Shown in pieces: positions 17,011 through 25,336 of a DNA stretch of 64,000 nt (position 1 is the first letter of the stretch; each line of letters starts with the position of its first letter). Origin of the DNA: an uncultured Alphaproteobacteria bacterium (GTDB taxonomy: Bacteria; Pseudomonadota; Alphaproteobacteria; HIMB59; GCA-002718135); the NCBI GenBank assembly GCA_902610845.1, contig CACLXJ010000002.1:18767-82766 (forward strand), read 5' to 3'. Position numbers and translations under genes: made by a program. Under the pieces are notes generated by a model. The model made no database searches and had not been told where the DNA came from. It saw only the letters and a list, made by a program, of their open reading frames with translations.

Positions 17011-18639
17011 TTATGCAAACCACCAACGTTCAGATAATTTGTTACCATCACTTTCCCAGTTACCAGCAACATCTTCATCGTGAGCAAGTTTTTTAGAACC
17101 CGCACCAACATATTGGTTAAATGCATAAACAATTGCACCACCATCGTAGTTACAAAGAGCTTGTGCTTCCCAGTACATTGACTTTCTTTTTTCTGCATCT
17201 AGCTCAGATCTAGCTGATCTAACTAGTTCGTTAAAGCGAACAGTTGAATCAGTTTGAACTAAATTACCCCAAGCGGCTTCATTCCACTCAGTGTCATCAG
17301 TAAATGCTGCAGACCACATCATATCTTCCGTAGGTCTTCCACCCCAAGAACTCATACTGAAACCTTTGGTATTCCAAACGTTACTCCAGTAACCATCTTC
17401 AGGTTCTTTTTTAACTCGAAGATCGATACCACATTCTTGAGCAGATGCTGCTATCAAGTTAGTTGCATCTGTACAGCCTGCATAAGGAACCTCAGAAGTA
17501 CTAATTTCAATTGGTCCACTTATTCCTGATTTTTTCCAGTGATAAGAAGCTTTATCAGCATCAAACTCTCTTTGCTCTAAAGCACCATTGTGATATGGGT
17601 GAGCGGTAGAGATCGGATGATCATTACCAACAGTACCATATCCAAGCATGATTTTATCAACAATTTCCTGCCTTTTGATTGCAAACTTCAACGCCATACG
17701 AACATCAAAGTTATCATACGGTGGAACATTTAATCTCATTGGCGCTGTATAGTGAGCGTAACCAGAAGCTGCTGTGATTTCTACACTAGGATTTCTAGTT
17801 AATAGATTTGCAGTTCTAAGATCAACACCATTCATCCAATCAATTTCACCATTTAATAAAGCTGCTTGTCTTGTTGCAGGATCATTAATTCCAATGACTT
17901 CAACTGAATCAAAGTGTGCAACACCATCACCTTTAAAATAATTTGGATTTCTTTTTCCAAATTTTGCACCAACACCTGGATTGAATTCATCCATAATATA
18001 TGGACCTGTTCCAATTGTAGATTGAGCATCAACAACTCCATCTTTTGTTGGTTTAATCATGATATGATAGTCTGTAGTTATTGCAGGCCAATCGGCATTA
18101 GCTCCTTTTAGCTTAAAAATAACTCTGTCATTTCCATCAGCTGAAATTGTATCAATTTGAGATAACAATCCACCTGCTGCAGAAGCAGTATCTGGATTCA
18201 TATGATACTGATAGTTGAGTACAACATCTTCTGCAGTCATTGATTTACCATTATGAAATTCAATTCCTTTACGAAGATTATATACCCAAGTTTGAGCATC
18301 ATCTGATTCAATTGACTCAGCGAGTTCTCCAACAATAGTATGATCTGAATCAACTACTGTTAGACAGTTCTGATAAGACCACGCAGTAGCTTGCATAAAT
18401 GAGCTCTGATAAGTTGCTGGATCTAGGGTATCAGTTGCATCTGCTGCACTATTACCCCATCTTAAATGTCCACCTTTTTTAGGTGTAGCTGCAACTGCCT
18501 TATCTGCTAAAGATAATGCAATTGGAAGCGTAACCCCAGTAGCAAGGACAGACATCATGAACTGTCTTCTATCAATAAGCCCTTTTATAAGCTTTGAAGA
18601 CTGTTCCTCAATGTATTTGTCTATTTTCTTATTTTTCAT
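17011..18639 (-). CDS. ABC transporter substrate-binding protein, family 5 (peptide/opine/nickel type), Tat signal peptide
   Basis: Start chosen at MKNKKIDKY (18639), preceded by AAGGGAGGACAA. Twin-arginine signal DRRQFMMSVLATGVTLPIALSLADKAVAA. About 542 aa. Confidence 0.9.
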   Translation of the reverse strand: MKNKKIDKYIEEQSSKLIKGLIDRRQFMMSVLATGVTLPIALSLADKAVAATPKKGGHLRWGNSAADATDTLDPATYQSSFMQATAWSYQNCLTVVDSDHTIVGELAESIESDDAQTWVYNLRKGIEFHNGKSMTAEDVVLNYQYHMNPDTASAAGGLLSQIDTISADGNDRVIFKLKGANADWPAITTDYHIMIKPTKDGVVDAQSTIGTGPYIMDEFNPGVGAKFGKRNPNYFKGDGVAHFDSVEVIGINDPATRQAALLNGEIDWMNGVDLRTANLLTRNPSVEITAASGYAHYTAPMRLNVPPYDNFDVRMALKFAIKRQEIVDKIMLGYGTVGNDHPISTAHPYHNGALEQREFDADKASYHWKKSGISGPIEISTSEVPYAGCTDATNLIAASAQECGIDLRVKKEPEDGYWSNVWNTKGFSMSSWGGRPTEDMMWSAAFTDDTEWNEAAWGNLVQTDSTVRFNELVRSARSELDAEKRKSMYWEAQALCNYDGGAIVYAFNQYVGAGSKKLAHDEDVAGNWESDGNKLSERWWFA

Positions 18640-18656
18640 TTGTCCTCCCTTATAAT

Positions 18657-18683
18657 TGAACAAAAACCTAAGATTTTTGTTCA
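18657..18683. promoter_or_regulatory. Perfect 10-bp inverted repeat in the divergent promoter/5' leader region (candidate operator or leader hairpin)
   Basis: TGAACAAAAA-CCTAAGA-TTTTTGTTCA, located 18-44 nt upstream of the binding-protein ATG. Confidence 0.4.
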
Positions 18684-18876
18684 TAATTTCTAGAAATTTA
18701 ACAAAAAACAAACTTAAGTTAATATATAAAAACATATATAACGTTTTAATTCAACGTATAAATTATTAATTTTAGCTTGTATGTTGGTCTAATTTAGACA
18801 AAACTCTAAAAATTAAAATTGTATCTTCAAGGAGGGCAACATTACTAGAATTCATCCAATATTTAGAACAATTTTA

Positions 18877-19839
18877 TTGAGACTTAGTCTTGGTCTTGTT
18901 ACAGTTTTTGCATTTTCTGTAATTATATTTAGCACATTCTCTTTTTTACCTGGAGATTTTGCTACAGAAATATTGGGTCAAAGTGCAACAAAATCTTCTG
19001 TTAAAGCTCTTAGAGCTGAATTAGGTTTAGATAAACCTCCTGTAACTAGATATTTTGATTGGTTAGGGAATGTTTTTCAGGGAGATTTTGGTAGCTCTTT
19101 CTCTGGAAGATCTAAAGTACAAGGAGATCAAGGTGATAGATCTAGGGAAGTTGTAGGCTTAATTATTCCTAGGTTAAAAAATACATTATTTTTAACAGGA
19201 GTTGCAGCAGCATTGGCTATTCCTCTGTCTTTAATGTTAGGTATATCTTCAGCATTATATAGAAACTCTTATTATGATAGGTCAGCAACTGGTGTTAGTT
19301 TAGTGACCGTATCATCACCTGAATTTTTTACTGCATATATTTTTATTCTTTTATTAGCGACTCTATTTCCGGTGTTTCCAACAATTTCTAATGTGGATGA
19401 AGATACAAGTTTAGTGGAAAGATTTTATAGAACTGCACTTCCGGTTTTTACATTAACACTGATAACAATGGGTCACATGATGAGAATGACAAGGTCAGCA
19501 ATTATAAATATCTTATCAAGTGAATATATTGAAATGGCTAAATTATCAGGAGCTTCAAGATATGAAGTAATAGTTAAGCATGCACTTCCAAATGCATGGG
19601 CTCCCATTTCTCAAGTAATTGCAATAAACTTAGCTTATATGCTGATTGGTTCAGTAGTTGTTGAATATGTTTTTAATTATCAAGGTATTGGCAGACTGAT
19701 GGTTGGCTCGGTTTACAATCGAGATCTTCCTGTCGTACAAGCTTGTGCGTTAATTTTTGCATCAACATATGTAATATTAAATCTAATTGCTGACTTGATT
19801 GGTATTATTTCTAATCCAAGGTTGTTATATCCAAAATGA
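18877..19839 (+). CDS. ABC transporter permease (DppB/OppB-like)
   Basis: 320 aa from TTG at 18877 (ORF track). The frame is open from 18793, and a canonical AAGGAGG at 18829-18835 sits 5 nt before an in-frame ATT at 18841, so the true start may be 18841. Confidence 0.85.
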   Translation: MRLSLGLVTVFAFSVIIFSTFSFLPGDFATEILGQSATKSSVKALRAELGLDKPPVTRYFDWLGNVFQGDFGSSFSGRSKVQGDQGDRSREVVGLIIPRLKNTLFLTGVAAALAIPLSLMLGISSALYRNSYYDRSATGVSLVTVSSPEFFTAYIFILLLATLFPVFPTISNVDEDTSLVERFYRTALPVFTLTLITMGHMMRMTRSAIINILSSEYIEMAKLSGASRYEVIVKHALPNAWAPISQVIAINLAYMLIGSVVVEYVFNYQGIGRLMVGSVYNRDLPVVQACALIFASTYVILNLIADLIGIISNPRLLYPK

Positions 19840-20756
19840 GTGAAAATTTATCTTATTCTGCAAAAAGTGAAGTTGCAAATTTAATTAAAAGAAGAACTAG
19901 AGTTGAAAGATTAAAAATAGCATTATCAAAAGCTCCAATTTCTGCATGGTTTGGAATGTCTGTTTTATTTGTTTATTTTTTTGCTGCTATATTTGCTCCC
20001 TTAATTGCACCACATGGAGAAGCGGAAATATTTCCTGTTGCCTACGCTCCTTGGGGTGACGGGCATATATTTGGAACTGATCAGATTGGAAGAGATATTT
20101 TTTCCCGAATAATTTATGCTGCGAGAAATACAATTGGTATTTGTTTGTTGGCTACATTTATTGCTCTAGGGATAGGAACAGTTTTAGGAATTATTGCAGC
20201 TCTTGATAGAAGGTATTTAGATCAGTTGTTAAGCAGAATAGTAGATACTTTAATGGCTATACCTGTAATGATTTTTACTTTTATACTTTTATCAGTTTTT
20301 GGACCAACAAATTTTAATTTGATTGTTATTTTAGGAATTTTAGAATCTACTAGATTTTTTAGAATTTCTAGATCAGTTGCTGTAGGTCAAGTTGTTTTAG
20401 AATATGTAGAAGTAGCAAGATTAAGAGGTGAAAATTTACCATATATAATCTTTAAAGAAATTCTTCCTAATATATCATCACCTTTAATTATTGAATTTGG
20501 ATTGAGATTTATATTTATAATTTTTACAATATCTAGTCTTAGTTTTTTAGGAATAGGAATCCAACCTCCTTCTGCGGATTGGGCATCAATGGTAAGAGAA
20601 AATGCAATACTTATTCAATACGCTCAATACGATTTAACAGCAGGCTTAACACCATTAATTCCAGCTTTTGCAATTGCTTTACTTTGTGTATCAATCAATT
20701 TTGTTGTTGATTGGTATCTATATATTACTAGTGGATTAAAAGATGACGTCAAATAA
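19836..20756 (+). CDS. ABC transporter permease (DppC/OppC-like)
   Basis: 306 aa. Overlaps the upstream permease by 4 nt (ATGA). Multi-TM BPD_transp_1-type protein. Confidence 0.9.
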   Translation: MSENLSYSAKSEVANLIKRRTRVERLKIALSKAPISAWFGMSVLFVYFFAAIFAPLIAPHGEAEIFPVAYAPWGDGHIFGTDQIGRDIFSRIIYAARNTIGICLLATFIALGIGTVLGIIAALDRRYLDQLLSRIVDTLMAIPVMIFTFILLSVFGPTNFNLIVILGILESTRFFRISRSVAVGQVVLEYVEVARLRGENLPYIIFKEILPNISSPLIIEFGLRFIFIIFTISSLSFLGIGIQPPSADWASMVRENAILIQYAQYDLTAGLTPLIPAFAIALLCVSINFVVDWYLYITSGLKDDVK

Positions 20757-22356
20757 ATCAAAAGAACTTTTACTTGAAATGAAAAATATCCATATTGATG
20801 GATTTTCAGATGAGAGATGGCATAAAATTTTAAAGGGTGTAGATTTGACTTTATACAGAGGTGAAATACTAGGATTAATAGGGGAGAGCGGTGCTGGTAA
20901 ATCAACTATGGGTAAAGCTGCTATGGGCTATACACAACCAGGTTGTAAGATTATAAAGGGAGAGGTTAACTTTAATGGTACAGACCTTGCAAAATTAACT
21001 GAATTTGAGAAGAGAAAAATTTGGGGCACGAAAATTTCTTATGTTGCTCAATCAGCAGCTGCATCTTTTAATCCCGCTCATAGATTAATGGATCAAACAA
21101 TAAGTGCATCAAATAGATTAAAAATAAATCCTACTGATGTACTAAAAAAAGATGCTGTTCAACTTTATGAATCACTACAACTTCCTGATGCAGAAAATAT
21201 AGGAGATAGGTACCCACACCAAGTATCGGGAGGTCAACTTCAAAGAATAATGACTGCAATGGCTATGTCACCAAGACCAGAGCTAATAATATTTGATGAA
21301 CCTACAACCGCCTTAGACGTAACTACTCAAGTTGAAGTATTATCCGCTATGAGATCTATAGTAGATAAATTTAATACAGCAGCAATTTATATCACCCATG
21401 ATTTAGCAGTAGTTGCACAAATGGCTGATAGAATAAAAGTTTTAAGATACGGTGAAGAAGTTGAAGAAGCTGAAACAAGAGATATGTTATCTAATCCAAA
21501 AGAAGAATACACAAAATCTCTATGGTCTGTTAGATCACTTATTAAACCCGAAGAAACAAATCAAGACTATATTTTATCAATAAAAAATATTGATGCAGCA
21601 TATGGCTCATCAAAGGTTCTGCACAATGTTTCTATAGATATTCCAATGGGTAAAACAGTAGCCATAGTTGGCGAAAGTGGATCAGGAAAATCAACAACAG
21701 CAAGAGTAATTACAGGCTTACTTCCTCAATTAAAAGGAGAAATAATTTTTGATGGAAAAAAATTGTCTCCAAAACTTGAACAAAGATCAAAAGAAGAATT
21801 AAGAAAAATTCAAATAATTTTTCAAATGCCAGATACTGCAATGAATCCCCGTCAAACTGTTGATGAAATAATTGGAAGGCCAATAGAATTTTATCAAGGC
21901 ATAAAAGGCAAAGAAAGAGAATCAAAAGTAATTGAATTATTAAAAATGATCGAGTTAGATGAAACTTTTTTAGATAGATTGCCATCAGAATTATCGGGAG
22001 GTCAAAAGCAGAGAATTTGTATTGCACGAGCTTTAGCAGCAAACCCAGATTTAATTATTTGTGATGAAGTGACATCAGCACTAGATCAAATAGTTCAAGA
22101 AGGAATATTAAAATTACTCCAAAAATTACAAAAAGATCTTGGTGTAACTTATATTTTTATAACCCATGATATAGCAACTGTAAAAGCTATTTCAGATGAA
22201 ATAGTAGTTATGTATCAAGGTGAAGTAGTAGAGCAGGGTTTAAAAAATAAAATTTTAAATCCACCACATCCTGAATATACAGAACTACTATTGTCTTCAG
22301 TCCCAGAAATGGATCCTGATTGGTTAACTAATCTCTTGAATAAAAGATCTTCATAG
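20743..22356 (+). CDS. ABC transporter ATP-binding protein, fused duplicated ATPase (DppD/DppF-like)
   Basis: 537 aa. Two Walker A motifs (GESGAGKST, GESGSGKST) and two ABC signatures (VSGGQLQR, LSGGQKQR). Confidence 0.9.
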   Translation: MTSNKSKELLLEMKNIHIDGFSDERWHKILKGVDLTLYRGEILGLIGESGAGKSTMGKAAMGYTQPGCKIIKGEVNFNGTDLAKLTEFEKRKIWGTKISYVAQSAAASFNPAHRLMDQTISASNRLKINPTDVLKKDAVQLYESLQLPDAENIGDRYPHQVSGGQLQRIMTAMAMSPRPELIIFDEPTTALDVTTQVEVLSAMRSIVDKFNTAAIYITHDLAVVAQMADRIKVLRYGEEVEEAETRDMLSNPKEEYTKSLWSVRSLIKPEETNQDYILSIKNIDAAYGSSKVLHNVSIDIPMGKTVAIVGESGSGKSTTARVITGLLPQLKGEIIFDGKKLSPKLEQRSKEELRKIQIIFQMPDTAMNPRQTVDEIIGRPIEFYQGIKGKERESKVIELLKMIELDETFLDRLPSELSGGQKQRICIARALAANPDLIICDEVTSALDQIVQEGILKLLQKLQKDLGVTYIFITHDIATVKAISDEIVVMYQGEVVEQGLKNKILNPPHPEYTELLLSSVPEMDPDWLTNLLNKRSS

Positions 22357-22375
22357 TCAATTTATATTTTAAATA

Positions 22376-22642
22376 ATGAATATTTTAAAATTTTTATCTA
22401 ATTTTTTTTCTAGCAAAGAAAATAGAATAGAAAATCTTGAAGCTCAAAATATAATGATCAGTGAGAATTATTTTAATAAAGATAGTTTAACATTAGGTTC
22501 TATTTTTAAAGTAAATCAAAATATAAAACTAAAAAATTTTAAAAATAAAATTCTTTCAGAGAATTTAACAATAGTAGTTACTGACAATAAAGGCAAAACT
22601 ATTGGATATATTTCTAAAAAAGAGATAGATAATATTCAATAA
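22376..22642 (+). CDS. Hypothetical small protein (88 aa)
   Basis: Open frame in about 15-20% GC DNA. Its stop abuts the SDR start (TAAATG). No recognisable motif. Confidence 0.5.
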   Translation: MNILKFLSNFFSSKENRIENLEAQNIMISENYFNKDSLTLGSIFKVNQNIKLKNFKNKILSENLTIVVTDNKGKTIGYISKKEIDNIQ

Positions 22643-23425
22643 ATGAAAATCAATCTGAGTAAAAAAAAATATGTAATTTCTGCTGGTGCAGATGGTTTAG
22701 GTTTTGCTATAGCTAATAAAATAATCAGTTCAGGTGGTAAAGTATATTTATCTGATATAAATAAATCAAAAATCGATAAAATAAATTCAAATAAAAAATA
22801 TCATAATAAAATATTTGCCCAACACTTAGATTGTACAAATCCAAAAGATATAAAAGAATATTTTAATTCTCTAACTAACTTAAAAAAAATAGATGGATTA
22901 ATAAATAACATAGGTATTGCAGGACCTACAAAGTATCTTCAGAATATTTCTATTGATGAATGGGATAACACAATAAAAACTAATTTAAGTTCGCATTTTT
23001 ATTTTACGAAATTTGCAATTCCATTTTTAAAAAAAAATAAAAATGGATCTATTATTAATTTATCATCAACCGCTGGTTTACATGGTTTTGCTCAACGTTC
23101 ACCATATGCATCAAGTAAATGGGCAGTAATTGGATTAACCAAAACATTAGCTGTTGAATTAGGAAAATTTAAAATACGTGTGAATGCAATTTGTCCTGGT
23201 TCTGTTAATGGTGATAGGATGGATAGAGTAATAAATGCAAAGGCCAAATTAATTAATTCTTCAAATAAAAAAGTAAGAAAAGAATTAGAGTCAATGGTTT
23301 CATTAAACATATTTGTAGAAAAAGAAGATGTTGCCTCAATGGCTGTATTTTTATTAAGTGATGCATCAAAAAATGTATCAGGTCAAATAATGACTGTTGA
23401 CGGAAATACTGAAAGAATGAATTAG
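22643..23425 (+). CDS. Short-chain dehydrogenase/reductase (SDR)
   Basis: 260 aa. Catalytic YASSK and the NNIG segment typical of classical SDRs. Confidence 0.9.
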   Translation: MKINLSKKKYVISAGADGLGFAIANKIISSGGKVYLSDINKSKIDKINSNKKYHNKIFAQHLDCTNPKDIKEYFNSLTNLKKIDGLINNIGIAGPTKYLQNISIDEWDNTIKTNLSSHFYFTKFAIPFLKKNKNGSIINLSSTAGLHGFAQRSPYASSKWAVIGLTKTLAVELGKFKIRVNAICPGSVNGDRMDRVINAKAKLINSSNKKVRKELESMVSLNIFVEKEDVASMAVFLLSDASKNVSGQIMTVDGNTERMN

Positions 23426-25017
23426 TGAATAACAACGCTGACTACATCATAATTGGTGCAGGGTCAGCAGGTTGTGTTTTAGCTAACAGATTGTCTTCAC
23501 AATCAAAGAATTCTGTAATTTTATTAGAAGCTGGCCCGTCGAGTAAAACTTGGAAAGTTGATATGCCAAGCGCACTTCTATATGCAATGCATGATCCAAA
23601 ATATAATTGGAAATATTATACAGAGCCTGAACCATACTTAAATAACAGATCTTTATATTGCCCGAGAGGTAAAATGATTGGGGGGTGCTCATCACATAAC
23701 GGGATGGTATTTGCTAGAGGTCATAAAGAGGATTTTGATAGATGGTCTTCAACGGGTTTAACAAATTGGTCATATGAAAAAGTTTTACCCTATTTCAAAA
23801 AATTAGAGACATGGTCTCAAAATGGTAATGATAGAGGAAAAAATGGGCCATTGAGAGTAAATAAATCAAAAATAGATAAAAAATATCCATTATTCAAAAA
23901 AGTTTTAGATGCTACAAAAGAAGCTGGATATAAAATATTTAATGACTCAAATAATATTAATAATGAAGGATTTGGAACTTTTGATGTAACAATAAACAAA
24001 GGTGTAAGACAAAGTGTTGCTAAAGCATATCTAGAACCAATCCAAAGTAGAAAAAATCTTAGAATAATAAATAATATTGATGTAAAAAAAATTCTTTTTA
24101 AAAATAAAACCGCAATTGGTGTTGAAACAATCAAACACAATAAATCTTATAAATATATAGCTAATAAAGAAGTTATACTATGTGCAGGTTCTATTAATTC
24201 ACCTAAAATCCTTCAACTATCTGGAATTGGTAATGAAAAACATCTTAAAAATTTAGGGATAGAAGTTATTCATAATTTAATTGGAGTTGGAGAAAATTTA
24301 CAAGATCATTTAGAGATGTATATTCAGTATAGATCCAAAAAAAATGAAACTTTACATAAGTTAGCAACAAATTATTTTTGTCAAGCAATTGAAGGATCAA
24401 AATGGTTTTTATTTAAAAAAGGTAAGTTAGCACATTCTCATTTAGAGTTAGGAGGGTTTGTCAAATCTGACAAATCATATAATCACCCAAATTTACAATT
24501 TCATTTTTTTCCATACCTAGTTATTAATCACGGTTTGGAAAATTCTAAGTTTGAAGCTTTTCAATTTCATGTTTGTCCAAATAGACCAAAAAGTAGAGGG
24601 TTTGTTAAAATTGAAACAAATAATTATAAGGATGATCCTAAAATACAATTTAATTATCTTAAGCATAAAGATGATTTAAAACAAATGAGAGAAGGAGTTA
24701 AAATTGCAAAAAATATTTTATCTCAAAAATCATTAGAAGAATATGTTGGGGTAGAAATAAGGCCTGGAAAAAATGTGTCTAATCAAACAGAGTTAGATGA
24801 AATTATTAAAAATACATCAGAATCGGCTTATCACCCATCATGTACAAATAAAATGGGTGAGGACATAACTTCAGTTGTAGACCAAAGTTTAAAGGTTCAT
24901 GGAATCAAAAATTTAAGAGTTGTTGATGCTTCAGTTATGCCTGATATCGTCAGCGCTAATCTAAATGCAACAACTATAATGATTGCCGAAAAAGCGTACG
25001 ACGAAATAAAGAGTTAG
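23425..25017 (+). CDS. GMC family FAD oxidoreductase (choline dehydrogenase-like), GTG start
   Basis: 530 aa. DYIIIGAGSAGCVLANRLS, PRGKMIGGCSS, C-terminal HPSCTNKMG. Confidence 0.85.
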   Translation: MNNNADYIIIGAGSAGCVLANRLSSQSKNSVILLEAGPSSKTWKVDMPSALLYAMHDPKYNWKYYTEPEPYLNNRSLYCPRGKMIGGCSSHNGMVFARGHKEDFDRWSSTGLTNWSYEKVLPYFKKLETWSQNGNDRGKNGPLRVNKSKIDKKYPLFKKVLDATKEAGYKIFNDSNNINNEGFGTFDVTINKGVRQSVAKAYLEPIQSRKNLRIINNIDVKKILFKNKTAIGVETIKHNKSYKYIANKEVILCAGSINSPKILQLSGIGNEKHLKNLGIEVIHNLIGVGENLQDHLEMYIQYRSKKNETLHKLATNYFCQAIEGSKWFLFKKGKLAHSHLELGGFVKSDKSYNHPNLQFHFFPYLVINHGLENSKFEAFQFHVCPNRPKSRGFVKIETNNYKDDPKIQFNYLKHKDDLKQMREGVKIAKNILSQKSLEEYVGVEIRPGKNVSNQTELDEIIKNTSESAYHPSCTNKMGEDITSVVDQSLKVHGIKNLRVVDASVMPDIVSANLNATTIMIAEKAYDEIKS

Positions 25018-25047
25018 AGTTTGTTAGAGAACCAAAATCTAATGTAA

Positions 25048-25227
25048 TTAGATAGTTTTTCTTCTAAGAGTCCAACCGTATCTTTCGCTGTAGTATGCTT
25101 CGATACCATCAGCAAGATTAAGGTCATAATTTGAGTCTATAGATCCTTCAAGAACCTTATTCTCAATAGAACTCTGCTCTAGGCTGTCTTTTTGATTATT
25201 AATATTTTCTGTTAATTTACTGTTCAT
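25048..25227 (-). CDS. Candidate small protein (59 aa), not in ORF track
   Basis: Own translation: MNSKLTENINNQKDSLEQSSIENKVLEGSIDSNYDLNLADGIEAYYSERYGWTLRRKTI. A 60-codon open frame is unlikely by chance in this stop-rich AT-rich DNA. No SD; local G+C is higher than the surrounding spacer. Confidence 0.35.
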   Translation of the reverse strand: MNSKLTENINNQKDSLEQSSIENKVLEGSIDSNYDLNLADGIEAYYSERYGWTLRRKTI

Positions 25228-25228
25228 A

Positions 25229-25336
25229 TTTACAGATTTTACAAATATACAACAATATAAAAAAAAACTAGAGTTTTCTGTAGTTTTAATGTAAAGAAAA
25301 TTACTTTGAATTTATTAATTTTGTAAATTTTGTAAA
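25229..25336. promoter_or_regulatory. Cluster of TTTACA / TGTAAA hexamers including tandem (TTTTGTAAA)x2 abutting the regulator ATG (candidate operator)
   Basis: TTTACA at 25229-25234 and 25238-25243. TGTAAA at 25290-25295, 25322-25327 and 25331-25336. The tandem 9-mer spans 25319-25336. Confidence 0.4.

Noticed and set aside
16950-17198. An 82-aa minus-strand ORF overlapping the 3' end of the binding-protein gene.
   Set aside because: It is out of frame with the strongly supported family-5 binding-protein CDS, and its 3' part covers the intercistronic hairpin. It has no motifs or RBS.
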